Part shown: positions 18,750 to 28,101 of the stretch, piece after piece | Position numbering within the stretch: position 1 is the first letter of the stretch | Layout of the letters: each line of letters begins with the position of its first letter | Assembly (NCBI GenBank): GCA_964012805.1 | Contig: CAXGUD010000030.1 | Span: forward strand, 1 to 46,086 | From: an uncultured Bacteriovoracaceae bacterium | GTDB lineage: Bacteria > Bdellovibrionota > Bacteriovoracia > Bacteriovoracales > Bacteriovoracaceae | Direction: 5' to 3' | DNA length: 46,086 nucleotides | Notes under the pieces: model-generated | Database searches by the model: none | What the model was told of the DNA's origin: nothing | Seen by the model: only the letters and a program-made list of their open reading frames with translations | Position numbers and translations under genes: made by a program

Positions 18750-19178
18750 ATGGCCTTTAATGGTGGTGTTAAGGGAGCAGCTAAACTTCTAGCTGGTCTA
18801 GATCCAGTTAGTAGACAGAGGCTTTTTGAAGAGCTCAGTAAAAAAGATCCCAAAATTGTTGAGATTCTAAAAAAGAATATGGTTTCAATGGAAGACCTTA
18901 TTCTTTTAACAGTAAAAATGATTCAGGACTTAACTCGAGAGATTCAAATGAAAGACCTGGGGATGGCCTTGAGGACTGAGAAAGAAGACCTTAGAAGTCA
19001 CTTTCTTAATAATGTCTCAAAAAGAATGAAGGAAGAGGTTGAGGAAGTTTTGAATGGTCCAGCACAGCCCCTCTCAAAAGTTCAGGAGGCCCAGGAAAAG
19101 ATCCTTTCACTGATAAGAGAAAAGATGGAAAAGGGTGAAATTGTTCTTTCAAAGGATAATAAAGACCGTCTTGTTTGA
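18750..19178 (+). CDS. Stand-alone FliG C-terminal-domain protein
   Basis: GGVKGAAKLL, MVSMEDL, DLGMALR, FLNNVSKR, VQEAQEKI, KGEIVL match the FliG-C pattern; only 142 aa. Confidence 0.8.
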   Translation: MAFNGGVKGAAKLLAGLDPVSRQRLFEELSKKDPKIVEILKKNMVSMEDLILLTVKMIQDLTREIQMKDLGMALRTEKEDLRSHFLNNVSKRMKEEVEEVLNGPAQPLSKVQEAQEKILSLIREKMEKGEIVLSKDNKDRLV

Positions 19179-19256
19179 CCGCTTTTTTATTCTTTTAAAA
19201 AAAGACTAAAAATGAAATAATCTATTTTTAATAAAAAATACATGGATGGTATTTTT

Positions 19257-19331
19257 ATGAAAAAAAATTGGATCCTTCTTCTTGCACTTATTCTTATTTC
19301 TATGGAAATTGGTCCCAGGATTTCTTTTTAG
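19257..19331 (+). CDS. Possible 24-aa hydrophobic small protein (MKKNWILLLALILISMEIGPRISF)
   Basis: Translated by hand in an intergenic gap; MKK + hydrophobic core. Confidence 0.25.
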   Translation: MKKNWILLLALILISMEIGPRISF

Positions 19332-19339
19332 GACGGCTT

Positions 19340-20107
19340 TTAAATCTCGCTTTGTAAGCAAAGATGTTTTGTAACTCTTTTTATTGGAAGCCTTTCAATA
19401 AGTTTTATTCCGACTCTATGGAAAGGTTTCTCTTTTTGATTTCCTGAAATCATAGATGAGTTAACAATAATACCTGTTACCCTTTTTGCTACGGGAACTT
19501 TTAGGTATTCGAATTCAACGTGAAGGACTTCATTTCTGTTGAGAAACCTGGCAAAGGCACTAGGAAGCTTAAGGGCCATTCCAAATTCAGAGATATCTAA
19601 AAGTGTGCCCTCAAAGGTCGGAACATCCGGATAGGTATCTAAAGAGGAGTTGGTAACTTTAACTGGAATTTTCATTTTACCCATCTTTACTCTTGGATTT
19701 CGCAACCACCATTTTTCGTAGGGAACGGGTTGAGTAAAAGGGTCGTCTATCAATGACTCGCTTTGGAGAGCACTTTTCACATCCTCATCGTTTAAAGGCA
19801 TGGTCAATATATGATCGATGCCTATTGCTTTAACCATGCTCATAAGATGCTCTGATTTTTCTCTTTTAAGAAGAAGAATTGAGCGTACATTTTCGTTTGT
19901 TTTTCTAAATTCTTCTATGATGGTAATACCATCTTTAATTGGCGTAAAAAAATTAACAATAACTAGGTCAAAAGGCCATTTCCAGAAAGCATCAAGCGCC
20001 TTGTATACATCTCTTGTAATAAGAACTTTTGCTTTTGATTTTCTGAAAAGGGATTGGAAATAATCGGTATTTTCTTTTTCAGGGTCTAGAATTAGTACTC
20101 TCGGCAT
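19340..20107 (-). CDS. Pseudo-receiver + PilZ domain protein
   Basis: REC-like N-terminus (VLILDPE, FDLVIVN, TMPL); PilZ-like RNPR...DISEFG...HRVGIK. Confidence 0.8.
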   Translation of the reverse strand: MPRVLILDPEKENTDYFQSLFRKSKAKVLITRDVYKALDAFWKWPFDLVIVNFFTPIKDGITIIEEFRKTNENVRSILLLKREKSEHLMSMVKAIGIDHILTMPLNDEDVKSALQSESLIDDPFTQPVPYEKWWLRNPRVKMGKMKIPVKVTNSSLDTYPDVPTFEGTLLDISEFGMALKLPSAFARFLNRNEVLHVEFEYLKVPVAKRVTGIIVNSSMISGNQKEKPFHRVGIKLIERLPIKRVTKHLCLQSEI

Positions 20108-20406
20108 TTTTGTTTTATCTCCATCTTTTGAACCTGGATCCTAGCCTCACTATAACAAAATTTTAAAAAGGGTATTGTTTTAGGAAAGAAATTCATCCTT
20201 ATTTAAAAAGTCTCTTTTTGAAACCAGTGAATTTGTGGGTAGGGTCAAAATCTAACCAATTAATATCAACAATTATTTAAATTTAGGTATTTACGGCCTG
20301 TGGCCAAATAGGAATTATTGGTGTGAAATTTGCATCTCATCTTTTTAGGGTAGTCCTCTTTAAAAAGGGATGAATTTTTTATTAATTTTATTCAAAGGAT
20401 GAAACA

Positions 20407-21030
20407 ATGAAAAAGACAGTTTGGGTTGGAATTTTGGCTTTTCTAATCTCTGGAGTAACCCTTGCAGAAGAAAAAATTCAATTAGGTGAAAGCTTCTTAG
20501 GTGATCGGGATTCGCTAGTTGCAAGGTTAATGAGAAATGCAAGAGGCCTGGACAGGGATGTTTCGAGATCTTATTTACCTTATGAGGTAAAACGTTCTGT
20601 GGAAGATTTTAAAAATGCTTCCAGGAGGCTTTATTCCTGTGAAAATGATTATTCTCGTGACCGCTATGGGCGAGATAGGATTAATTTTGGAATCTGTGAT
20701 AGGGAGTTTTCCGCAGTCAGAAGGACTTTTAGGGGCGTGACGAGAAGTTTGAGCCGAAGTTATGGTTCATATGAAATTGAGGAAAGAGTCCAGGTTCTTC
20801 AAAGGATAATAAGGAGTTTGGCCAGAGACTATGACAACGGAGGGGGAAGAGACCCTTACCCATATCCAAATGAGGAGTTTGTCTGTACTGCTGAAGCAGA
20901 GGAGGGGTGGAATACAAGACCTATTAGAGGTGGGCGCTCTTTTTCTCTTAGAGATGCAAAAATGAATGCTCTTAGAGCATGTGAAAGAGTTTATAATTAT
21001 TGCGTCATAAAATCTTGCCGTAGAATTTAG
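20407..21030 (+). CDS. Secreted hypothetical protein, C-terminal Cys-rich (DUF4189-like) module
   Basis: Signal peptide; C-terminal C..A...AKMNALRACE....C.I..C pattern. Confidence 0.6.
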   Translation: MKKTVWVGILAFLISGVTLAEEKIQLGESFLGDRDSLVARLMRNARGLDRDVSRSYLPYEVKRSVEDFKNASRRLYSCENDYSRDRYGRDRINFGICDREFSAVRRTFRGVTRSLSRSYGSYEIEERVQVLQRIIRSLARDYDNGGGRDPYPYPNEEFVCTAEAEEGWNTRPIRGGRSFSLRDAKMNALRACERVYNYCVIKSCRRI

Positions 21031-21034
21031 AATC

Positions 21035-21071
21035 AAATAAAAAAGCCTCCCCATAGGGGAGGCTTTATTTT
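21035..21071. terminator. Bidirectional rho-independent terminator
   Basis: aaagcctcccc-ata-ggggaggcttt with A- and T-tails between convergent genes. Confidence 0.9.
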
Positions 21072-21100
21072 ATCTCAATATTATTCCAATTTAACTCAAA

Positions 21101-23065
21101 TTAGAGGGCCAAGTTTGTAAGCTCTTTGATAAGGTTTTGAGACCTTTCTACAAATTTTTCTTTGTCCTCATTTTTAAGCCCTTCAGAAGAAATGGTCGCT
21201 AAATCTTCAACATGATGACAAATCATGTCTACGATAGGCTCATTGTTGCCCTTTTCGTGTATCTTGAGAGCATTTTGAATAAGAGCATTTTTTGGGTTGA
21301 TAACAAGAGTTTTCTTGACTGGAAAAGATTGATTTTGTCCCATGGACGTTGCCATTTTACTGAATCTTTTCATTTGTTCATCAACTTTGAAGTATGCTGG
21401 ACTGCTTGAGTTTTTGATATTTTTAACTTCAACCTCTAAAGAACTATTCATAAAGTCATCCATAGAGGGAGCGGCTTTTTCTTCGCCCTCAGCTTCCTTT
21501 TTGTCTTCTTTTTTTACAAGACCTAAAAACTTTTCAAAAAGGTCCTTAACTTTCATGTCTTCTGGGGTTGAGTTTTCTGATTCAAGTATTTCACCAACCT
21601 GAGCATCAACAGAGGAGAATTTGTACTCATTTTCGCCTTTCTTTTGGGCTTCTACGTGTTGCATAAAATGAGGATCAATATGGTCATCTGTTTCAATCGC
21701 GTGGATTCCCTCTGTCAAAAGTTGTTTTTGAAGGGCCGGGTCTGACGAACCTTTTTCAAAGTAAAGGACCATATCCTTCATTTTTTCTTTATAAGCTTCA
21801 GGAATGGATTCAACGTACTCTGGAAGAGTAATGAACTTGTTTTCAGAGTTTTTGAAAAATACCTTGTCTCTCATTAATTCATCAAATTTTGGGTCAGAAA
21901 CAACACCATATTTGACGAAAAGACCAATATCCTCCCAAATCGATTCCATTTTTTCTCTATCTTTTACGTAAAGAGTTTTAAGAGCATCTGCAACTTTCTT
22001 TACAATATAGTTAGAAATCTTTCTTATATTTGGATCACCTTGAAGTGATGAACGGGAAACGTTGAGTGGAATATCAGTTGAGTCAATAGTTCCTTTAAGC
22101 AAAGAAAGGAAGTCAGGAATAATGTTTTTTACGTTATCAGAAACAAAAACCTGCTTTGAGTACAGCTTAATATGAGACTCATTAAAATTTCTATTTGGGT
22201 TTATTTTTGGAAAATAAAGAATTCCCTCAAGTGTAAATGGGTGGTCAATCTTTAGATGGATCCAAAAAAGTGGATCTGAGTCCATTGGATAAAGCTTTCT
22301 ATAAAACTCTTTGTATTGGTCTTCCGTGATTTCTTTTGGATCTTGCTTCCAAAGAGGGTTTGTTTCATTAATAACTTCAGCTTTTGGTTGTTCAATGACT
22401 TCTTTGCCGTCGTCATCTTTTTTAGTGACAGGCTTTTCGTTTTCATCAAAAACGCTGATTTGGTAAGGCATAAAATCACAATGCTTTTTAAGAGTCGACT
22501 TTAGTTTCCACTGACTTAAAAATTCTTCACCGTCTTTATTTACGTTCAGGGTAATTCTTGTTCCAACTTCAGTTAAGTCAGACTCTGAAAATGTATACTC
22601 TGAATCTCCCGCGCAAGTCCATTTGACGGCTTTGGCGCCTTCTTCCATCGATAAAGACTCAACAACGACAGAGTCTGAAACCATAAAAGCTGAATAGAAA
22701 CCTAAACCGAATTTACCGATAATATCGTCTTTTGTTTCTCCATCTTTTTCTAATTTTTGGACAAACTCTTTGGCTCCAGAAAAAGCTAGTTGAGCAATGT
22801 ACTTTTCAACTTCAGCTTCAGTCATACCGAGACCGTTATCTGTTATTGTGATGTATTTTTTTTCATTATTGACGTTTAATTTAATAGTACCTGCAGGGAT
22901 CTCTTGGTTTTTTGTTCTTGCAAGGGTTCCTCTTTTTGTAATGGCATCAGTTGAGTTTGCGACAAGCTCTCTGACGAAAATATCATGCTCTGAGTAAAGC
23001 CATTTTTTAATAATCGGAAGAATATCTCCTGTTTCAACTTTAATTGTGCCTTTTCTATCGCTCAT
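21101..23065 (-). CDS. htpG: Chaperone HtpG (Hsp90)
   Basis: WLYSEHDIFVRELVANSTDA, DNGLGMT, IIGKFGLGFYSAF, IPLNVSRS. Confidence 0.97.
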   Translation of the reverse strand: MSDRKGTIKVETGDILPIIKKWLYSEHDIFVRELVANSTDAITKRGTLARTKNQEIPAGTIKLNVNNEKKYITITDNGLGMTEAEVEKYIAQLAFSGAKEFVQKLEKDGETKDDIIGKFGLGFYSAFMVSDSVVVESLSMEEGAKAVKWTCAGDSEYTFSESDLTEVGTRITLNVNKDGEEFLSQWKLKSTLKKHCDFMPYQISVFDENEKPVTKKDDDGKEVIEQPKAEVINETNPLWKQDPKEITEDQYKEFYRKLYPMDSDPLFWIHLKIDHPFTLEGILYFPKINPNRNFNESHIKLYSKQVFVSDNVKNIIPDFLSLLKGTIDSTDIPLNVSRSSLQGDPNIRKISNYIVKKVADALKTLYVKDREKMESIWEDIGLFVKYGVVSDPKFDELMRDKVFFKNSENKFITLPEYVESIPEAYKEKMKDMVLYFEKGSSDPALQKQLLTEGIHAIETDDHIDPHFMQHVEAQKKGENEYKFSSVDAQVGEILESENSTPEDMKVKDLFEKFLGLVKKEDKKEAEGEEKAAPSMDDFMNSSLEVEVKNIKNSSSPAYFKVDEQMKRFSKMATSMGQNQSFPVKKTLVINPKNALIQNALKIHEKGNNEPIVDMICHHVEDLATISSEGLKNEDKEKFVERSQNLIKELTNLAL

Positions 23066-23149
23066 TTATGGGTCTCCTTGGGAAGTTTGTCAAAATGGCC
23101 GATTTTTGGTGCTGGGCCATGTTGAGATCAAAATTTTTTACAATAAATA

Positions 23150-23180
23150 AGATGGTTGAAATTTTCACCAAGTCAAGGGG
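23150..23180 (-). promoter_or_regulatory. Possible sigma32 (RpoH)-type promoter of htpG
   Basis: Minus strand CCCCTTGAC-N14-AACCATCT resembles CTTGAA-N13-15-CCCCATNT, upstream of a heat-shock gene. Confidence 0.5.
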
Positions 23181-23220
23181 GAGGCGTGGACTTTAAGCCT
23201 AATTTTCGTTATTTTTTTAT

Positions 23221-23772
23221 TTGAGAAGGTTTTTTGCGCGGAGAGTCTTTATCGTGAAGAATGAAATTCAGGATGTTACTATTTTTACAACCGGTGGCAC
23301 TATTGAAAAAACTTATGACGAGCATGATGGAATACTTGAAAATAGAGAGTCCATTATCAAACAAATGCTTCTTTCAAGACTCAGGCTTCCCTACACCCGT
23401 CTAAATATTTTCCCTCTTTTATGCAAAGACTCTTTAAATATGACGGATGAAGATAGAGCTTTTTTAGTTCATAATGTGAAAAATCACCTGAAATCAAAAC
23501 ACCCTATTGTTATCCTCCACGGCACTGATTCTATGGCCGAGAGTGCTCACTATCTTCAGGAACAAATAAAAAATATTGATACACCCGTTATTTTCACAGG
23601 GGCCATGAAACCACTTGGTTTTTTGGATTCAGATGCTTCACAAAATGTGACTGAAGCTTTATTAGCGGCAAAAATAATAGCTCCTGGAGTCTATATTTCT
23701 TTTCACAATAGAGTTTTTAGCGTCCCTTCTGTTAGGAAAAATAGGAAGCAAGGGACATTTGAATCCTTTTAG
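23221..23772 (+). CDS. Short (N-domain-only) class 1 L-asparaginase (start probably GTG 23254)
   Basis: FTTGGTIEK, KDSLNM, HGTDSM, TGAMKP, SDA. Confidence 0.85.
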   Translation: MRRFFARRVFIVKNEIQDVTIFTTGGTIEKTYDEHDGILENRESIIKQMLLSRLRLPYTRLNIFPLLCKDSLNMTDEDRAFLVHNVKNHLKSKHPIVILHGTDSMAESAHYLQEQIKNIDTPVIFTGAMKPLGFLDSDASQNVTEALLAAKIIAPGVYISFHNRVFSVPSVRKNRKQGTFESF

Positions 23773-23780
23773 AGATTGTT

Positions 23781-24248
23781 CTAATTTTTTTGGGGTCGAA
23801 ATTTTAAAAACTTTTCTTTCTCGTTGGGGGTTGGAATTCTACAAGTTTCTTTTTTCCCAAACCACCTGTATCTATTTTTGGCAATGATATCATAGGCCCA
23901 ATCTCTGAAAAAAGTTGGGATGATAAAGCCACAAGAAAGAATTCGATACCAACCGGCCAAGTCCCATAGGATAAAAAGAACTGCTTTTGACTTAATCTCA
24001 ACTCTTCCTTTTCTCAGATAAACAATATTTGAAAGACCTTCAATATCCTCGATGGGGTAATTATTTTTGAGAAGAATTTCTTTTGCTTCCTCAGACTGTA
24101 GTGAAGCAAAAAGAAAAAGATTTTTTCTATCTCTTTTTAAGAGAAAGTCTACAGAGCTATTGCATAGCTCACAAACTCCATCAAAAAAGATTAAATTCTG
24201 ATATTCAATATTTGCCATGTTTTCCTTCACTCCCCTCATTTTTAGCAT
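23781..24248 (-). CDS. DCC1-like thiol-disulfide oxidoreductase (DUF393)
   Basis: FFDGVCELCN DxxCxxC motif; RDWAYDIIAKNRYRWFG..C. Confidence 0.92.
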   Translation of the reverse strand: MLKMRGVKENMANIEYQNLIFFDGVCELCNSSVDFLLKRDRKNLFLFASLQSEEAKEILLKNNYPIEDIEGLSNIVYLRKGRVEIKSKAVLFILWDLAGWYRILSCGFIIPTFFRDWAYDIIAKNRYRWFGKKETCRIPTPNEKEKFLKFRPQKN

Positions 24249-24422
24249 AAATTGGAGATTTTAGCTTTCATAAATGAAAAAAAGCCATTATGTCGATTAT
24301 TTTGGGCGGTAAAGGCTTATGGTCGATGAGAAGGGGTCTTTTTTCAAAGCCTTTTAAGGCGATAAAAATAGAAGTGTTTCCTTGTAAAATAGACTTCAAG
24401 AAAGGCGGTCAATCACTAAATA

Positions 24423-26456
24423 GTGCTAAACTATTCACCAAAAGGAGACGATCCAAAAACAGAGGCTATGGAAACAAAAACAAATTTTATTTCCCTTAAT
24501 CATAAAAGATTTATAGTTCCTTTATTCGGAATTATTCTACTTCTTTTTTCTTCTTGTATGGATCAAGAGGCCTTACGCTCTAAGAGGTCCCTTCAAAAAA
24601 ACCAAAATGAATTTACTGAGAATGAGTCGGAGACTTTGAATGGCTCCAATCCTTATCAAAATGACCCTTTAGCGGGTCCCCTTGACGGTAATATTGAAAC
24701 TGGAAGTAATATTGCTGATGGCTTTATTTATGGAAGGGCCGATTTAAGACATTTTGTTGACCCTTTCGATGGAACCTATAAAACAAAAATAACTGTACCG
24801 AAGAATATGGCAGGGCTTCTTTATATCTCAGGAATTAATGTATCTGGTTTGTCAGAAAGGCTTATTAGAGTCAGGTTTAATTTTGGTCGTGAGTATGAAC
24901 CTATTGATGTTCCAGCAACTGTAGGAAGGGCACCTGGGATAACGCCACAGACAGATATTGAAGTTCTTATTTTAGATATGTCTTCTCAACCATTTAATCG
25001 CCTTCGCTTAATGTATGATCTTTTTGACTATACAAATTACGATGGAGATAGTGATGGTGTAGAAGTTATAAGTGATAATGTCGTACCCTCTAATGCTAAA
25101 AATACAAACCTTTATTGCAGAGGTCTCTTTTTAGAGCATGATCCTACGTTTGAAGATGTGTCTGGAGATACAGGTAAGTGTGATGCTTCTTCAGATACAT
25201 GCCTCTACGCTTATGCTAAAATTTCGGACTCCCATCTCTATGATGAGAATGGATTGTATACAACAACACCTACAGTAACTCAAATTGATCAAAGTGGTCA
25301 GGGGTATGGCTACGATGTCACTTCTGATAGCTTGAGGTGTCTACCAGATAGCAATAAAATAGCGGATCTTAAAAATGCCTTACCCTTTACCAATGATGGA
25401 AGTAATACGTCCCTTTCAATTGGGGGGACCATTGATTTAACGACAGGTAAAGAGATGATTTATAAAGGTCCATTTAGGACTTACAATGAAACAAATTGGG
25501 AAATTACTGGAGAAGCTATTTTTTCACCTATTATTAATCAAGGCGACAAACCAAAGGGAATTTTTCAAGACTACATAACGACAAAGTTACCTGCTAATGG
25601 TTTTAGGTCTTTCCTCTATCCAAGGTTTGGAAAAATGGAGCTTAGTAAAGATGTACAATACATAAAGTTAAATGGAAGCGATGTAAGTTCAGATAGAAAA
25701 GTGGAAACAATGATTGCAAGTGGTGAAACAGAATACATGGATGGTTGCAATTTAAGAGTTAGTAATCATGATTCTTATGCTAATGAAGGATTATCTTCTT
25801 GTAATATAACTGCAACAATAGAACTTATTTCAATTGATCCTCAAACTGGTGCGCAAACAAAAATCCTCAAAACGCCAAATAAATCTTTAAAGCTTCAAAT
25901 TATAAGACCTAGTTTAGTGGATTACGCTGGGCGAGAAGTACTCTATGAGGCTTTAAAAACTTGCCAAAATAGCAAAGATTGTAAAAGTGATGAGTGTTGC
26001 TTTAATCAAAGATGCTGGTCGAAAAGAATTGTGACTCAGTGTAAAGAAAATGTAAGTGATCAAGGCAATCTCCCTGTAGGGGAACAATGTGGATCGGACT
26101 TTCAATGTTCATCACTATGCTGTAGTGGATCTACAAAGGTATGTGCACCTCATGTTAATAACTTTACTGATAAGTATAAGGTTTTATGCTCTAAGAGTCC
26201 CGGCCAGGCTTGTGTCGCTCAAGAATGGTGTCAAAAGGTCGACTTAAGAAAATGCCTTGTCGTAAAAACAGGTATTAGTGTAACGGGTAAGCAGGAATGT
26301 GGTCTCCGCTGTTACAATGTTCCGACCTTTGCAGAATGTAGAGATGGAGTTTGCGTTCCTCCTCAACCCTATGCAATTCCAGCCTTTGACCCACTTGACC
26401 CAAATAGATGCAACCAGGCCCTTGATCCGCCAAAAAACTTAAATCAGTTAAAATAA
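24423..26456 (+). CDS. Large lipoprotein with Cys-rich C-terminus (start probably ATG 24468)
   Basis: LFSSC lipobox; 20 Cys in the last ~165 aa. Confidence 0.8.
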   Translation: MLNYSPKGDDPKTEAMETKTNFISLNHKRFIVPLFGIILLLFSSCMDQEALRSKRSLQKNQNEFTENESETLNGSNPYQNDPLAGPLDGNIETGSNIADGFIYGRADLRHFVDPFDGTYKTKITVPKNMAGLLYISGINVSGLSERLIRVRFNFGREYEPIDVPATVGRAPGITPQTDIEVLILDMSSQPFNRLRLMYDLFDYTNYDGDSDGVEVISDNVVPSNAKNTNLYCRGLFLEHDPTFEDVSGDTGKCDASSDTCLYAYAKISDSHLYDENGLYTTTPTVTQIDQSGQGYGYDVTSDSLRCLPDSNKIADLKNALPFTNDGSNTSLSIGGTIDLTTGKEMIYKGPFRTYNETNWEITGEAIFSPIINQGDKPKGIFQDYITTKLPANGFRSFLYPRFGKMELSKDVQYIKLNGSDVSSDRKVETMIASGETEYMDGCNLRVSNHDSYANEGLSSCNITATIELISIDPQTGAQTKILKTPNKSLKLQIIRPSLVDYAGREVLYEALKTCQNSKDCKSDECCFNQRCWSKRIVTQCKENVSDQGNLPVGEQCGSDFQCSSLCCSGSTKVCAPHVNNFTDKYKVLCSKSPGQACVAQEWCQKVDLRKCLVVKTGISVTGKQECGLRCYNVPTFAECRDGVCVPPQPYAIPAFDPLDPNRCNQALDPPKNLNQLK

Positions 26457-26471
26457 TTTTCCATGCAAATT

Positions 26472-28091
26472 CTAGGTGATAGGAAGAGCGACTTTAACAA
26501 TCGTTTCACCAGGCTTTGATTGGAAAGAGATATTACCATTGTGGTTTGAAACAATATTATGTGCGATTGATGAACCAAGGCCTATATCAAAAGGCGATTC
26601 AAAGGATGAAAGAGGCTTAAACAACTTATCCTTAAGTTCTTCTTTAATTCCAGGACCGTTATCTCTAATAATAAAAATAACTTCTTCTTGTTTTAATTCA
26701 TAGGAAAAATCAATTTGTTGTCTAACTGATTTGTTATCTTTTTTCTCTTGAAAAGAGTTAATGGAATTTTGAATAATATTTAAAAAGACCCTTTTTAAAC
26801 TTTTCGCTTCTCCGTATAAAAACCCTGTTTTACTTATATCAGGAAAAATAAAGGAGAGGTTAGGATGAGATAATATCAAATAAGATACAGACTCTTGGAG
26901 GTCTTCAATCATTGAGGAGATATGAATTTTTTCTTTTTTTGGGGTCGGTGATTTAATGGTTTCTTGTATATGCCAAAGAAAAGATTCAAAGTCCTGGCAG
27001 GTACTATAAATATAGGAGAGGTTATTGAGGACTTCTTTTTGGTTAGCTATTGATTGTTGGGCCTTCGTCGTTGCATTCATGAGGTTATTGAGAGTTAGTT
27101 TTAGGTCATGAGTAATGGCCCCTATATTTTCACCTAGTTTTGAAAGTCTACTGCCAACCCTTATTTTATTTTCTAGGTAAAGCTCATTAAGAAGTGTTTT
27201 TGATAATTTTGAAATAAGTTCAAGAAAAAAGTATTCACTTGAACTTAAAATTTTATTTTCTGGTTCAAAAATAAAATATAACCTCTCCATTTGAAGAAAA
27301 ACTAGGTTTTGATCATTTTCCAATTTTAGAGGTGAATCATTGTCACTTAAGTCAACTAAATTCTCGAGCTTTTGGATTAATATTTTTTCTTTTTGAATGT
27401 TAAATTTATTGATAATTTTATATTCATTATTATCGTTTTTTTCACAAACAGCTAAGCTTTTTAATTTAAAATACCTTTTGAAAAGTAATATAATACTCTC
27501 TTTAAAATTTTCTATTGATTCTTTTGACCAGGTTTGATGATTACGTAAATTATGAATCATAGTCGCTTGATATTTGGAAATATCATCAGCCATTTTGATC
27601 ATTTGATTTTTAGAATTCCATTCTGATATTGACTTATTAGCAATTGAAACAACTTCTTCGCCCTTAAAGGGCTTTGTAATATAGCTTATATTGCTTCCAA
27701 TGATTTCATTGATTTCAAAAACAGTGAATTCGTTGTAGGCCGTAATAAAAATTACTTCAATTTTTGGATCGATGGACCTTATAATTTTTGTAGCTTCAAC
27801 TCCATTCATCTCAGGCATCTTAATATCTATAATAAGAAGAGCAAAAGAATCATCATTTTCTTTTAATTTTTTAACTTGTTTTATGGCTTCTTCACCTGAG
27901 TAGACACTAAAAGGAACCATGTTTGAAGTGACAGATTTTTCGTTATTTGAAATATCATCAAACAAACTTTTTGCTTTTTCACTAAGGGATTTTTTTATCT
28001 TTGACTGGCCTTCTAAAATAGTTTTCAAGGAGTCTGCGATATCTTTTTCATCATCAACGATGAGAATTTTATTATTTTCTTGTAATTCCAT
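26472..28091 (-). CDS. Hybrid response regulator/histidine kinase (REC-linker-HisKA-HATPase)
   Basis: Start moved to ATG at 28091 (MELQEN) to avoid overlap. ILIVDDE, IIDIKMP, ITKPF; H-box THDLK; DNGPGI. Confidence 0.9.
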   Translation of the reverse strand: MELQENNKILIVDDEKDIADSLKTILEGQSKIKKSLSEKAKSLFDDISNNEKSVTSNMVPFSVYSGEEAIKQVKKLKENDDSFALLIIDIKMPEMNGVEATKIIRSIDPKIEVIFITAYNEFTVFEINEIIGSNISYITKPFKGEEVVSIANKSISEWNSKNQMIKMADDISKYQATMIHNLRNHQTWSKESIENFKESIILLFKRYFKLKSLAVCEKNDNNEYKIINKFNIQKEKILIQKLENLVDLSDNDSPLKLENDQNLVFLQMERLYFIFEPENKILSSSEYFFLELISKLSKTLLNELYLENKIRVGSRLSKLGENIGAITHDLKLTLNNLMNATTKAQQSIANQKEVLNNLSYIYSTCQDFESFLWHIQETIKSPTPKKEKIHISSMIEDLQESVSYLILSHPNLSFIFPDISKTGFLYGEAKSLKRVFLNIIQNSINSFQEKKDNKSVRQQIDFSYELKQEEVIFIIRDNGPGIKEELKDKLFKPLSSFESPFDIGLGSSIAHNIVSNHNGNISFQSKPGETIVKVALPIT

Positions 28092-28101
28092 ATTAATTTC
28101 T

